64,000 bases of DNA from Nitrosopumilus sp. (GTDB lineage Archaea; Thermoproteota; Nitrososphaeria; Nitrososphaerales; Nitrosopumilaceae), in assembly GCA_965206745.1 (NCBI GenBank), contig OZ242220.1:96001-160000 (forward strand). The letters run 5' to 3'. The notes beneath the pieces were generated by a model. It had not been told where the DNA came from and did not search any database. It saw only the letters and a program-made list of their open reading frames with translations. Position 1 is the first letter of the stretch. Every line of letters begins with the position of its first letter. A program made the translations under genes and the position numbers. Positions 20,990 through 30,161 of the stretch are shown one piece after another.

Positions 20990-21115
20990 TAGAAATCGTC
21001 CAGATTTCATCCATCCACACCGGATCCTCTTGATCAACGAATTACCCGTAACGTGATAAATCTCCAACTTGTTGATTGAAGAGAGCAGGTAAAAGAACAG
21101 TCGATTCTGCCAGTA
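20990..21115 (-). pseudogene. IS1/IS6-like transposase relic
   Basis: Frameshifted fragments LEIYHVT-VIR-IKR and WMDEIWTI resemble the HTH end (SHVTVxxWI) and first catalytic Asp (xDExWT). Confidence 0.4.
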
Positions 21116-21335
21116 ATTTGAACTGTTCAAGATCTTGCATGTATTATCAATTCCTTTACAGCACTCTAGCCTTGATGGCATCAAATGTATAGATGGAATA
21201 ATTGGGAATCTCAGTAAATTTAATGGGATAAAAAAGCCAAGTGAGATTAGGATCAACTCCGGAGGGATATGATAACTCGTGAAAACACCACCCAACAGAA
21301 TACGAATTTATTGCCAGAACCATGCGTGAAATACC

Positions 21336-21809
21336 GTGAATGCAATAGGTGAATATATTGGGGAACTCTGCAAGATCATCTTGCCCATCAATGAGGAGTT
21401 CTACCTTGGAAATCCCGATTCCAGCATGGCAATCTGCACCCTTTCAAGCATGGACCTGCTCAGGAAATTTTCAAATCCTGATGTCTTGAACAGAATATCC
21501 GTTGCAGGACGACTGCTTTCTGAAAACAAGGGAATCGACTCCATAATCAAACATGTCGGCAGGAATCCCAGAGTTGACACAATAATCGTTTGTGGAAAGG
21601 AGGTCTGGGGACACAAGTCCGGCCATTCCCTGTTCCAGGTCCACAAAAACGGAACGGATGAAGACAGCAGGATAATTGGTTCAAAGAGCCCGGATCCGTT
21701 CCTTACAGTTTCAAACTCGGAGATAAAGCATTTTCAAGACAATGTCACCCTTGTGGATCTGATTGGCGTGGATGATTTCAAACTAATTCTGAACAAGGCC
21801 GGATTTTAA
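21336..21809 (+). CDS. MtrA-like (tetrahydromethanopterin S-methyltransferase subunit A domain) protein
   Basis: AICTLSS, SENKGID, CGKEVWGHKSG, RIIGSKSPDPFL. Confidence 0.85.
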   Translation: MNAIGEYIGELCKIILPINEEFYLGNPDSSMAICTLSSMDLLRKFSNPDVLNRISVAGRLLSENKGIDSIIKHVGRNPRVDTIIVCGKEVWGHKSGHSLFQVHKNGTDEDSRIIGSKSPDPFLTVSNSEIKHFQDNVTLVDLIGVDDFKLILNKAGF

Positions 21810-22147
21810 TAGCCATTCAGCTGTCTTTGACGATTAATCTCGTTCTTCTTTTTGTACTCGTCTAGAATATCATCAGGTGTCAGTTTCAGTTCCAGGGATG
21901 CCTGTACGACAAAATGCCAGATATCAATTAGTTCCTCCCTTGCCTCTGCCTCGTTGAATTTAGCTGGGGTCTTCCACCACTTCCAGTTGGTTGTCCTTTG
22001 TAGCTCCACTGCCTCATGTATGATGGCAGTAGACAAGGCAGAAATCTTTTCCTCGAGATCCTTTGGGTACCTGTCGAGTTTCATCATACCTGTTAGCCCC
22101 TTTTGGAGCTGGAAAATCATCTCTAGTCGATCTTTTTCTTGTGACAA
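21806..22147 (-). CDS. All-alpha dimeric dUTPase
   Basis: EAVEL, WKWWK, EELIDIWHF, KNEINRQRQ. Confidence 0.85.
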   Translation of the reverse strand: MSQEKDRLEMIFQLQKGLTGMMKLDRYPKDLEEKISALSTAIIHEAVELQRTTNWKWWKTPAKFNEAEAREELIDIWHFVVQASLELKLTPDDILDEYKKKNEINRQRQLNGY

Positions 22148-22186
22148 TGATAAATTAATCTGAGAAATAATTGAACTTAAGTCTTT

Positions 22187-23080
22187 TTAGAAACGGATCA
22201 TCTTTTCATAATTTTTCATGCGCTTTGCAATGTCGCCACTTTTTATCTTTAACAACCCGTCAAGGCCGTATCTTTCCACGGCAAACGATCCTAGGACGTT
22301 TCCATATGCTGCCGCCTTTCTGATATCCGATATTCTGGTGGATTTTTTGCTTGCAAGGTATCCCATCATCGCCCCTGCAAAAGAGTCCCCCGCCCCCGTG
22401 GGATCTACAACATCCTCCAAGGAGAATCCCGCCGTTGGAAAGATTACATCATCATAAAACATCAGGGAGCCGTGCTCGCCCTTCTTGATGATGACATATT
22501 TTACTCCCCACTGCATCATCTTTTTGGCACATTTTACCAGGTTGAACTCTTTTGTTAAAAGTCTAGCCTCCTCATCATTGATTACAACAGCATCCACTGA
22601 CTTTATCATTTTGATTACCGCCTGACGTTTTGTGGAAATCCAAAAGTCTATGGTGTCACACATGGAAAACTTGACATTGTCAAATTCCTTGATTAGAGTA
22701 GTGTTCTGCTCCGGATCATTGTTTGCAAGATATACAAACTGGGATTTTCTGTAGGCCTCAGGTACTGTTGCCTTAAAATCGCCAAGCACGTTCAGTTCGG
22801 TCTTTAAAGTTGATCTTGTGCTGAGGGTACTGTCATACCTTCCATCATAACGAAATGTCTTGCCATCCTTGATGGTCAGTCCCTGCAGATCAAGGTATCT
22901 TGATAAAATTTTGTGGTATGGTCTGGGAAAGTCTTTCCCGACTATGGCAATTAGGCCCGTATCCACAAAGTTACTGGCAGATATCGCAGCAAACGTTGCA
23001 GCACCGCCTAGAACGTTCCTTAGTGTTTTTTTGGGGGTCCTGATGGTGTCTAGCGCCGTGGATCCAAAAACAGTGAGCAT
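22187..23080 (-). CDS. PfkB-family carbohydrate kinase
   Basis: GGAATF, NDEEA, DPTGAGDSFAG. Confidence 0.92.
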   Translation of the reverse strand: MLTVFGSTALDTIRTPKKTLRNVLGGAATFAAISASNFVDTGLIAIVGKDFPRPYHKILSRYLDLQGLTIKDGKTFRYDGRYDSTLSTRSTLKTELNVLGDFKATVPEAYRKSQFVYLANNDPEQNTTLIKEFDNVKFSMCDTIDFWISTKRQAVIKMIKSVDAVVINDEEARLLTKEFNLVKCAKKMMQWGVKYVIIKKGEHGSLMFYDDVIFPTAGFSLEDVVDPTGAGDSFAGAMMGYLASKKSTRISDIRKAAAYGNVLGSFAVERYGLDGLLKIKSGDIAKRMKNYEKMIRF

Positions 23081-23091
23081 TTGATGAGAAA

Positions 23092-23556
23092 TCAGTTTTT
23101 ATGTATAAATTCTCTTGCCTGTTCCTCTGTCGGATAGTATACGAACGGAATATCTATTGACGTGACTAGCAGATCATATTTTGTCGTTCCAGAAATCTTT
23201 ACCGAACTTGACTCATCTGAACTGACATCCGTATGGAAGGTTCCCTCCACAAAACTGCTGGACAGTGGCTGCAAGGTAAACGGGTCAAGATCCCCCCTTC
23301 CGACAATCTCATCATTGGAGATCAGGTGGAACTCTGTCTCCCCTGCACTTAGCAGCAATAGTGAGGGATTTTTAAATTCCAACTCGACGTTATAGTTTGA
23401 GCCTTTCTCATTCTCATCAAGCAGCTCGCTCTGATTGATGCTTACCTCTATCTGTGAAGCTGATGCATACTGTGAGTATCCAAAGATGCTCATGCCCAGC
23501 ACAAATAGAACTATTATACCCGCCTTTTTGGAGGATTCCATGACTGGTTTTTTCAA
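23092..23556 (-). CDS. Membrane-anchored LEA2/WHy-like protein
   Basis: N-terminal TM helix and FKNPS beta-sandwich motif. Confidence 0.6.
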   Translation of the reverse strand: MKKPVMESSKKAGIIVLFVLGMSIFGYSQYASASQIEVSINQSELLDENEKGSNYNVELEFKNPSLLLLSAGETEFHLISNDEIVGRGDLDPFTLQPLSSSFVEGTFHTDVSSDESSSVKISGTTKYDLLVTSIDIPFVYYPTEEQAREFIHKN

Positions 23557-23671
23557 ATTTACATTTAACCTAGAAGGAAAAAAATCACAATAAATTGTGT
23601 AAAAGTTTTGATCTAATCTTAAATCTCCTTAGAGCTAACAGAATAAATCAAGATTAAACAGTAAGATCATA

Positions 23672-24139
23672 GTGGCTAGAATTAAACTCAAACTGGGGGA
23701 AAATGAGATCGAGGTTGACTCTCGGGACTTTTACGTGGATAACCAGACACTTGGCGGAATAATTGATGATATTTCACAGCATTTGCCTGAAAATCAGGCC
23801 AAAATAGTATACGAGACCGAGTCCCCATCTGAGGCCGGGCATTCTGGCCTGGAATATCTGGATGATGCTGAGGCATACGAGCCTGAGTTTAGTGAGCCAA
23901 AACACATTGCTTTAGATGAGATAAAATCAAAATTAAGAATCCTGGAGACAAGCAGGTTCTTTGATTCACCTAGAACCGTCACTGAGACAGTTGAGCAGCT
24001 AAGAGAGTATGGCTGGGCTGCCAGCCCGCTGGACGTATCAAAGGCTCTGGCAAAAATGGCCTCCAGCAAGGAGATACTGAAAAATTCTGAGGCAAACCGC
24101 ACCCACTATTTTGCCCACGAACAGCTAGTAGCTAACTAG
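23672..24139 (+). CDS. Hypothetical protein with C-terminal winged-helix-like domain
   Basis: FFDSPRTVTETVEQLREYGW...VSKAL pattern. Confidence 0.65.
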   Translation: MARIKLKLGENEIEVDSRDFYVDNQTLGGIIDDISQHLPENQAKIVYETESPSEAGHSGLEYLDDAEAYEPEFSEPKHIALDEIKSKLRILETSRFFDSPRTVTETVEQLREYGWAASPLDVSKALAKMASSKEILKNSEANRTHYFAHEQLVAN

Positions 24140-24367
24140 ATAGCCGCATCTTTCACATTTGGAAAATATTTCCCCATCCAAGTGATCAAAATGCGTATTG
24201 CACTGTCTGCATGTGTGATGCATCTCAAAATACCCGTCCTCTTCAACCTCCCCAATTCTGTTTGATTCCAGGCTTGTACTCTTGCACTTTATACAGTGAC
24301 AGCCACACTCAATCTTCGTGCCATTCTCCAATAATGTATGTATAGCTGAAATCACTATACAAATCAT
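24125..24367 (-). CDS. Small Cys-rich zinc-binding protein (true start probably ~24330)
   Basis: CGCHCIKC, CRQC and CERC motifs. Confidence 0.65.
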   Translation of the reverse strand: MICIVISAIHTLLENGTKIECGCHCIKCKSTSLESNRIGEVEEDGYFEMHHTCRQCNTHFDHLDGEIFSKCERCGYLVSY

Positions 24368-24522
24368 TGGAAAAGAAGAGGGAGATACCCATAGAAATTG
24401 ATGATCACTTTAAGCTTTTTGGAAAGGAACCGTGGGAGGTTGACTATGGCGAGAAATGCGCAGTATGCAACGTTCGCATTGACGAGTATGGTTTCTGTTC
24501 CTGCGGTTCTAGCGGGGACTAG
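24367..24522 (+). CDS. Small zinc-binding protein, 51 aa, below the ORF-track cutoff
   Basis: TTG-start ORF MEKKREIPIEIDDHFKLFGKEPWEVDYGEKCAVCNVRIDEYGFCSCGSSGD. Confidence 0.65.
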   Translation: MEKKREIPIEIDDHFKLFGKEPWEVDYGEKCAVCNVRIDEYGFCSCGSSGD

Positions 24523-24569
24523 ACTATTTTAAATCCTGACTGGGAATTTCCAATTTGCAGAATCCATGT

Positions 24570-25526
24570 TTAGTGTCCGATAGACCTGCCAGGCATCTCC
24601 TGACTTGTGCTTGCCCTCATTATACTTTCGCCGTTTAGAATGAATCTTCTGACTAGCGGGGCCATCAAGATTATTAAAAATCCGACTGCCAGCGGTGCAA
24701 TTATTGGGAATTCGGGCACGACAGTAGTTCCTATTATCGTGATCTCTCCTAAAGTATATGGTTTCATGATTACCCAAACATGAGTCCCGTTGCTGATCAA
24801 TTGATCAAAAAATATTTTTTGATCATCAAGAAATACCACATATGGCTCCCACAACAGTTCCTGAGGTATTACGGCAGTAACAAACTGTTCGCCGTCATTT
24901 ACCTTAAAGCTGATCTGTCTTGAGGGCTGATCAAACTCAAACCCTTCAATGCCTGCAAACGTCTGCACCTCCACTACAAACTCTTGGCCCTCCCAGCTGA
25001 CGCGCTCATGATATTTTGGCACATCAATCAGATACTCCAACACCATCTGGCACCCGTGACACCTGAAACTGTTATCCCCGTCTAGGGAAATTGGCTTTTG
25101 ATTTATGAATAATGATTCTGCCTCTTCAGGGATGGTAAAAACAGTTGTATGAACATATCTGAAATTCATTGTCCAAATATTATTTTTTAGCGCCAGTACA
25201 TCATCAAGGTTGTACCTTACAAACAATTCGCCCTGGTCTGGCAGGATGGAGACATAATCATCCCCCTCTGCAATCTCAACTGGTTTTTGTCTGCCTGATG
25301 CGTCTATAAACTCCAAATTAGAAATTGTGCCGTCCACCAGCTTCAACTGCCTCATCTCATTAGAGTCCCTAATTTGATGCACCACGACCACATCCCCTTC
25401 ACCATCAATTGTTACGTCAATCCGTTTCTGACTAATTACAGAGTTGGATTCGCTTTGGGCCTCTGCCTGTGGAACAGCCAAGACCACCGATACCATCAAA
25501 AGTCCTAGAATAATTTTAGAGTCCAT
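24570..25526 (-). CDS. PEFG-CTERM-type surface protein
   Basis: Signal peptide; IIGTTVVPEFP followed by a TM helix and RR. Confidence 0.8.
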   Translation of the reverse strand: MDSKIILGLLMVSVVLAVPQAEAQSESNSVISQKRIDVTIDGEGDVVVVHQIRDSNEMRQLKLVDGTISNLEFIDASGRQKPVEIAEGDDYVSILPDQGELFVRYNLDDVLALKNNIWTMNFRYVHTTVFTIPEEAESLFINQKPISLDGDNSFRCHGCQMVLEYLIDVPKYHERVSWEGQEFVVEVQTFAGIEGFEFDQPSRQISFKVNDGEQFVTAVIPQELLWEPYVVFLDDQKIFFDQLISNGTHVWVIMKPYTLGEITIIGTTVVPEFPIIAPLAVGFLIILMAPLVRRFILNGESIMRASTSQEMPGRSIGH

Positions 25527-26003
25527 TTATTCCAACGTAACGTGAACCATCGATGTTTTTTCTAGCGGACAATCATTGCCATCCCTCTCAAGGCTGACAA
25601 TCTTGTCTGCTACATCCATTCCCTCTGTTACCTCTCCAAATACGGTATACTGCCTATCTAAAAATGCACTATCTGAAGTGACTATGAAAAACTGTGAACC
25701 TGCACTGTCCGGATCCTGCGATCTGGCCATGGAAACTATGCCCCGTAAATGGGATCTTGAACTGAATTCGGCCTTGATGTTGTATCCTGGTCCTCCCATT
25801 CCCCATGACCCTTTATTGTCCGTCTTTGTGTTGGGATCGCCCCCCTGAATCATAAATTTTGGTATGACCCTGTGAAAAAGAGTCCCATCATAAAACCCGT
25901 CTCTGGCCAACTTTTCAAAATTCCTTACAGTCTCTGGAGCCAATTCAGGTAGGAGTTTGAATGAAATCTTTCCCAAACTGGTTTCAATGCTTACTGTACC
26001 CAT
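25527..26003 (-). CDS. Cyclophilin-type peptidyl-prolyl isomerase
   Basis: FHRVIPKFMIQGGD, SAGSQFFI, YTVFGEV. Confidence 0.95.
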   Translation of the reverse strand: MGTVSIETSLGKISFKLLPELAPETVRNFEKLARDGFYDGTLFHRVIPKFMIQGGDPNTKTDNKGSWGMGGPGYNIKAEFSSRSHLRGIVSMARSQDPDSAGSQFFIVTSDSAFLDRQYTVFGEVTEGMDVADKIVSLERDGNDCPLEKTSMVHVTLE

Positions 26004-26240
26004 CGAGTTGAATCTGCTGATACATCTTAATAGTCTTTTGCGGAGAGGACTTGGAATATTATTATAGATATTTTAACAATATTGAAAAATTCACAACTAT
26101 CTGTACGGTTTTCGTTAGAAAATTTATCTATGCAGACTATGTGAAATTTCCCATCCCTATAATCTGAATCCATTAGATGTGATAATTCTGAAATTCCAAA
26201 AGTTATAGTCTTATATAGAACAATTAAAATTTAGAATTTA

Positions 26241-26468
26241 TTGAATCGTACAAACCAAAGCACGGTAATTAAAGAAGCGATTAATTCTTATCTTGACAGA
26301 GGGGTAACTGACAAGCAGGATATCTACACCAAGGTAGTTGACGAACTCGGCGTTCCAAGACCAACCGTAAGAAGAGTCGCAAGAGATCTAAGAACCGAAC
26401 TATTGCAGAAAATCCAAATCTTACAGTCAGACATGCCAAAATCAACTACTACCGAAGAAGACGAATAA
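26241..26468 (+). CDS. Small HTH protein
   Basis: VVDELGVPRPTVRRV HTH-like motif. Confidence 0.7.
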   Translation: MNRTNQSTVIKEAINSYLDRGVTDKQDIYTKVVDELGVPRPTVRRVARDLRTELLQKIQILQSDMPKSTTTEEDE

Positions 26469-26551
26469 AGTCGGCTCTTTTTTTCTTTTTAATTATATTA
26501 TTTTATGATTTTCAGCATTACTATTATAAATAATGAAATTCTTAAATAATT

Positions 26552-27022
26552 ATGGGATATGCCGGCAACCATCTAGCCACAATAGTGACTGGCGTCTTTG
26601 CAGCAGTACTGACCGGACTCTGGCCTTTGTTTCTTGATTTTGCCCCCCTGCTCAACTTTATCTTCATCATGGCAGTCCCAATCACCTGGTTTATGACATT
26701 TACGTGTTGGATATCCCAAAAGAGTACGGATTACATGCATCATCACGCACCTGCCCATGTTGAAAAAAAAAGCTTGAGTGATACGCAGGTTGTCGAGACC
26801 TTGAGCACCGGCTCCCAAATTGGTCTTTCAGAGATAAAACAGATACAAGATGAGCTATCCCTTGAGCTAAACACTGTAAAAGAATCCGTCAAACTCAAAG
26901 ACAGCGAGATTGAGCGGTTGAATCAGGAAATTTCCAATCTTGAGACCCTCGTTCAGATAGAATCATTGAAATCCGAGTTGGCCAATCTCAAAATGCTTGC
27001 CTCCAAAAGAAAAACCAAGTAA
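26552..27022 (+). CDS. Two-TM membrane protein with coiled-coil tail
   Basis: Two hydrophobic helices, then heptad repeats. Confidence 0.7.
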   Translation: MGYAGNHLATIVTGVFAAVLTGLWPLFLDFAPLLNFIFIMAVPITWFMTFTCWISQKSTDYMHHHAPAHVEKKSLSDTQVVETLSTGSQIGLSEIKQIQDELSLELNTVKESVKLKDSEIERLNQEISNLETLVQIESLKSELANLKMLASKRKTK

Positions 27023-27028
27023 ACGGTT

Positions 27029-27142
27029 CTAATCTTTGCAGTGGCAACAAGACTCGCCGTGGTTTTCCTTGCACCCCGGACAGCTGACTGCGCCTCCGAA
27101 ATGGCATTTGCATGAACACAACTCGGCAGGATCCTTTTCCAT
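27029..27142 (-). CDS. Candidate metallothionein-like micro-protein, 37 aa
   Basis: MEKDPAELCSCKCHFGGAVSCPGCKENHGESCCHCKD: 8 Cys and 3 His. Confidence 0.55.
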   Translation of the reverse strand: MEKDPAELCSCKCHFGGAVSCPGCKENHGESCCHCKD

Positions 27143-27523
27143 ACTCAACGACACTCTTTTTACATCATGTTCATATTTACTCTTGCATTTGAAACGGAAT
27201 CCGTTATTCGGATATATTTAGTGACATGTTTTTTCCAAGACTAATTGTAATGTGGCAGATCTTGCCTAGTCCGAATGCCTCACTGCAGAAATTCATCTTA
27301 TAATCAATCAAATTATAATGCAATCATGATCTCCCAGATTCAGGGAATCAAAGTTTTTCATCTGTTTGAGAATTCTTACAAGATAAGCATATGCAAATCA
27401 CTACCATTGATTTTTCAAAGCTGGGATCAGCCATATCTGTTAATCAAACAAATCACATCCCCTGCAAACGTCTGTGGATAATTTTTGAAAACTATGTCAA
27501 TACTGAATTTTGATCAAATAAGA

Positions 27524-28054
27524 TTAATCCTGATGCAGTTTTGAAGCCATCTTTAGGGTTTCATCAACCATCTCTTCTAGTCTGTTTTTAGCATCCTCAT
27601 CACTCAGTGAAGTTTCAGTTATGGATTTCGTGGTTAAGAATACGGCCTTTGGGTTTGTAACTACTCTGAAATATGACATCAATTGTGTGACTAGTGTCTG
27701 CACGTTCATAAAGCTGATATTTCCTTCACCTAAAATTGCAATTCCTGCCACCTTGCCTGGGGTCTTCTTGTAGTCGATATATTCAAGCAGATTCTTTAAC
27801 GCCGAACTGAAAAATGAATTATAAACTGGCGAGCCTATCAACCATACATCTGCATCCGTGACGTCATTTGCGGCAGTTTTTGTTGCCTCATTATACTCTA
27901 CATCCGGTCCTCTGTAGTATTCAACTTGGGCCTCAGAGAGATTGATAAATTTTGTATCCTGGTTTTTTGATTTGGCATATTCAAAAACATGTTTCATTGC
28001 CACCTGCGTATTTGCGTTTTTTCTTGGACTGGCAGAAATGACAACAACTTTCAT
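27524..28054 (-). CDS. NADPH-dependent FMN reductase
   Basis: SASPRKNANT and GSPVYNSFFSSALKNLLE flavodoxin-fold motifs. Confidence 0.9.
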   Translation of the reverse strand: MKVVVISASPRKNANTQVAMKHVFEYAKSKNQDTKFINLSEAQVEYYRGPDVEYNEATKTAANDVTDADVWLIGSPVYNSFFSSALKNLLEYIDYKKTPGKVAGIAILGEGNISFMNVQTLVTQLMSYFRVVTNPKAVFLTTKSITETSLSDEDAKNRLEEMVDETLKMASKLHQD

Positions 28055-28105
28055 GTCCTTTACAATCTGCCTCTCTATTTAAATTCCCATAATGTGGAGA
28101 TTAAG

Positions 28106-28198
28106 CGGGCTTGGAGGGCTTCGATCCCTCGACCTGTAACTTAGGAGGCTACTGCGCTATCCATATTGCGCGTCAAACTGACTCTGCGCTACAAGCCC
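28106..28198 (-). tRNA. tRNA-Arg(CCT) with ~18-nt non-canonical D-loop intron
   Basis: Acceptor GGGCTTG/CAAGCCC, anticodon arm GTAGC-CTCCTAA-GTTAC; extra AGTCAGTTTGACGCGCAA in the D-loop forms a bulge-helix-bulge-like motif. Confidence 0.88.
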
Positions 28199-28223
28199 AG
28201 TAAAAAAAAATATTCTTAATTAT

Positions 28224-28934
28224 TTAAGCGTAGTCAAGATTATCCTTGATCATGTCCTGAATTCCCCCCCAATCCTTGTTCTCCTTGTCATTCCATTTTT
28301 CAAAAAATACGACATCCCTCAGTTCCAGTCTGGATAGCCATCCCTTGGTTTCAAGATCCGGCTTTTCTGCAAATTCATCAACATGCCCCAGACACAAGTA
28401 TGCTACAGGTATGACGTGTCCGGGCAGATTCAAAGTCTCCTTTAGTGTCTCATTTGATAGGATGCTTACCCACCCGAGTCCTATCCCTTCAGCTCTAGCT
28501 GAGAGCCACAGATTTTGTATTGCACAGCATACGCTGTAGAGTCCCGCCTCTGGAATGCTTGACCTGCCAATTACAAACGGTCCAAATTTTGTTGGATCAT
28601 ACGTTACACAAAGATTGACCGGGGATTCCATGATGCCTTCGAGCTTGAACGAGAGATATTTTGATTTTTTCGGTTCCTCCACCAGCTGCGATGAGCGGGC
28701 CTTTTCTTCCTCAAAGGATTCCTTTATTCTCTTTTTTGTATCGGGATTTTTTATCAAAATAAAATTCCATGGCTGGGAGAATCCCACCGAGGGGGCATGG
28801 TGTGCGGCATTAAGAATTTTCGACAAGACAGCATCCTCTATCGGCTTTGGGACAAAGTGGGATCTTACATCCCTTCTCGAATAAATTGCCTTATAGAAGC
28901 CCCTTTTTTCCTCATCAGTAAAGTTCTCTGTCAT
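28224..28934 (-). CDS. bluB: 5,6-dimethylbenzimidazole synthase BluB (start moved to MTENF)
   Basis: RRDVRSHF, APSVGFSQPW, KLEGI, AIQNLWLSARAEGIGLGWVS. Confidence 0.9.
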   Translation of the reverse strand: MTENFTDEEKRGFYKAIYSRRDVRSHFVPKPIEDAVLSKILNAAHHAPSVGFSQPWNFILIKNPDTKKRIKESFEEEKARSSQLVEEPKKSKYLSFKLEGIMESPVNLCVTYDPTKFGPFVIGRSSIPEAGLYSVCCAIQNLWLSARAEGIGLGWVSILSNETLKETLNLPGHVIPVAYLCLGHVDEFAEKPDLETKGWLSRLELRDVVFFEKWNDKENKDWGGIQDMIKDNLDYA

Positions 28935-29003
28935 CTGTCTTGTATCACCTTTTCTTCTTTTGTTAAACGTTAATAATATCAATTATTTGATTTATTTTTC
29001 AAT

Positions 29004-29077
29004 GGGCCTGTAGTCTAGCTGGTTAGGATACCGCCTCGACATGGCGGTGATCATGAGTTCGAATCTCATTAGGCCCA
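29004..29077 (+). tRNA. tRNA-Val(GAC)
   Basis: Acceptor GGGCCTG/TAGGCCC, anticodon arm CCGCC-TCGACAT-GGCGG, T-arm ATGAG-TTCGAAT-CTCAT. Confidence 0.92.
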
Positions 29078-29081
29078 CTTT

Positions 29082-29606
29082 TCAATTAATAACCTGTGTC
29101 TTGAAATACTTGTCAGTCTCGCTCCACGAGGTCTGGGTGGTGATTCTTCCGTCGGTATAAAAGCTGGTGATTCTTTCGTTGATCGCATCCTCATAAGTTC
29201 TTGAGCTGATCTCGGATTTATCCAGTACGAATGTATTTTTCAGGGGAATCTCTGCACCTGAATAGAACAAGGCTCTTCCGGGAAGTGCAATATCTATTGT
29301 GGAGTACAGTCCGGAACCTAGCAGGTCATCATCGCCATACAGCTTATAGTCGATTAGTGCGACTGTCAATGTTTTGGCACTGGGATTCTTTACCAAAAAT
29401 GTGACCTCGAACTTTGCCTGGTCACTTGCCGTGTTTACATCTATTAGTTTTACACTCATCAGCTCGATCTCGACTTGGTCAAGTTCGATATTATCCAGAC
29501 TGGCATAGTAAACAATCCCTCCCATCAAGGCAAAAACTCCGATAATAGCCAGATACACTGTCATCTTGCTTTGGAGTGCCATTTCATTGATTTGATATCT
29601 GGACAA
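29082..29606 (-). CDS. LEA2/WHy-domain membrane-anchored protein
   Basis: N-terminal TM helix; VKNPS...IDYKLY...LGSG pattern. Confidence 0.7.
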   Translation of the reverse strand: MSRYQINEMALQSKMTVYLAIIGVFALMGGIVYYASLDNIELDQVEIELMSVKLIDVNTASDQAKFEVTFLVKNPSAKTLTVALIDYKLYGDDDLLGSGLYSTIDIALPGRALFYSGAEIPLKNTFVLDKSEISSRTYEDAINERITSFYTDGRITTQTSWSETDKYFKTQVIN

Positions 29607-29663
29607 CTAAAAAAGGTTGTCAAGATCCAAATACATAATATTTGATTTAAAATATCACAAACC

Positions 29664-30161
29664 ATGACTGCAATGGAGCAAGCAATTATCACTTGGATTC
29701 ATCTTGTAGCAGCCGCAATATGGGTCGGAGGTTCCCTGTTCATTGGACTCGTGTTTTCCCCACTCTTGAAAACAATGACCAGCTCTGTTGAGGAACGCAT
29801 GCAGATTATGATTCGCGTCGGCAAGCGCTTCAACAAGATTGCCGTTCCGTCACTGATTGTCCTGATGGTTACAGGCCTGTACACCTCACAAGCGTTAATT
29901 GGAAGGCCTGATCTGCTTGTCTCTACAAGCTATGGGACATTTCTGATTATCAAAATAGCCCTGGTTGTTGCACTAATCGTTACATATGCCGTGCATGTCA
30001 GGGTGATTCGGAAGGACGTTGAGGAAAAAATCATGTCAAGCCAAATGTCAGAACCTGAGATTCAAAAACTGAGAAAAAAAATCATCATACTCGGAGAGAT
30101 AACAGTCGTCTTGTCTGTGGCAATTCTGTTCTTTGCATCGCTACTTGATGCAGGCGTCTGA
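29664..30161 (+). CDS. CopD-like copper resistance membrane protein
   Basis: WIHLVAAAIWVGG, RF...TGL, YG..L..K motifs. Confidence 0.8.
   Translation: MTAMEQAIITWIHLVAAAIWVGGSLFIGLVFSPLLKTMTSSVEERMQIMIRVGKRFNKIAVPSLIVLMVTGLYTSQALIGRPDLLVSTSYGTFLIIKIALVVALIVTYAVHVRVIRKDVEEKIMSSQMSEPEIQKLRKKIIILGEITVVLSVAILFFASLLDAGV

Noticed and set aside
27200-27520. ORF 27275-27481 and surrounding intergenic DNA
   Set aside because: Looks like decayed sequence; no motif or repeat I could support.
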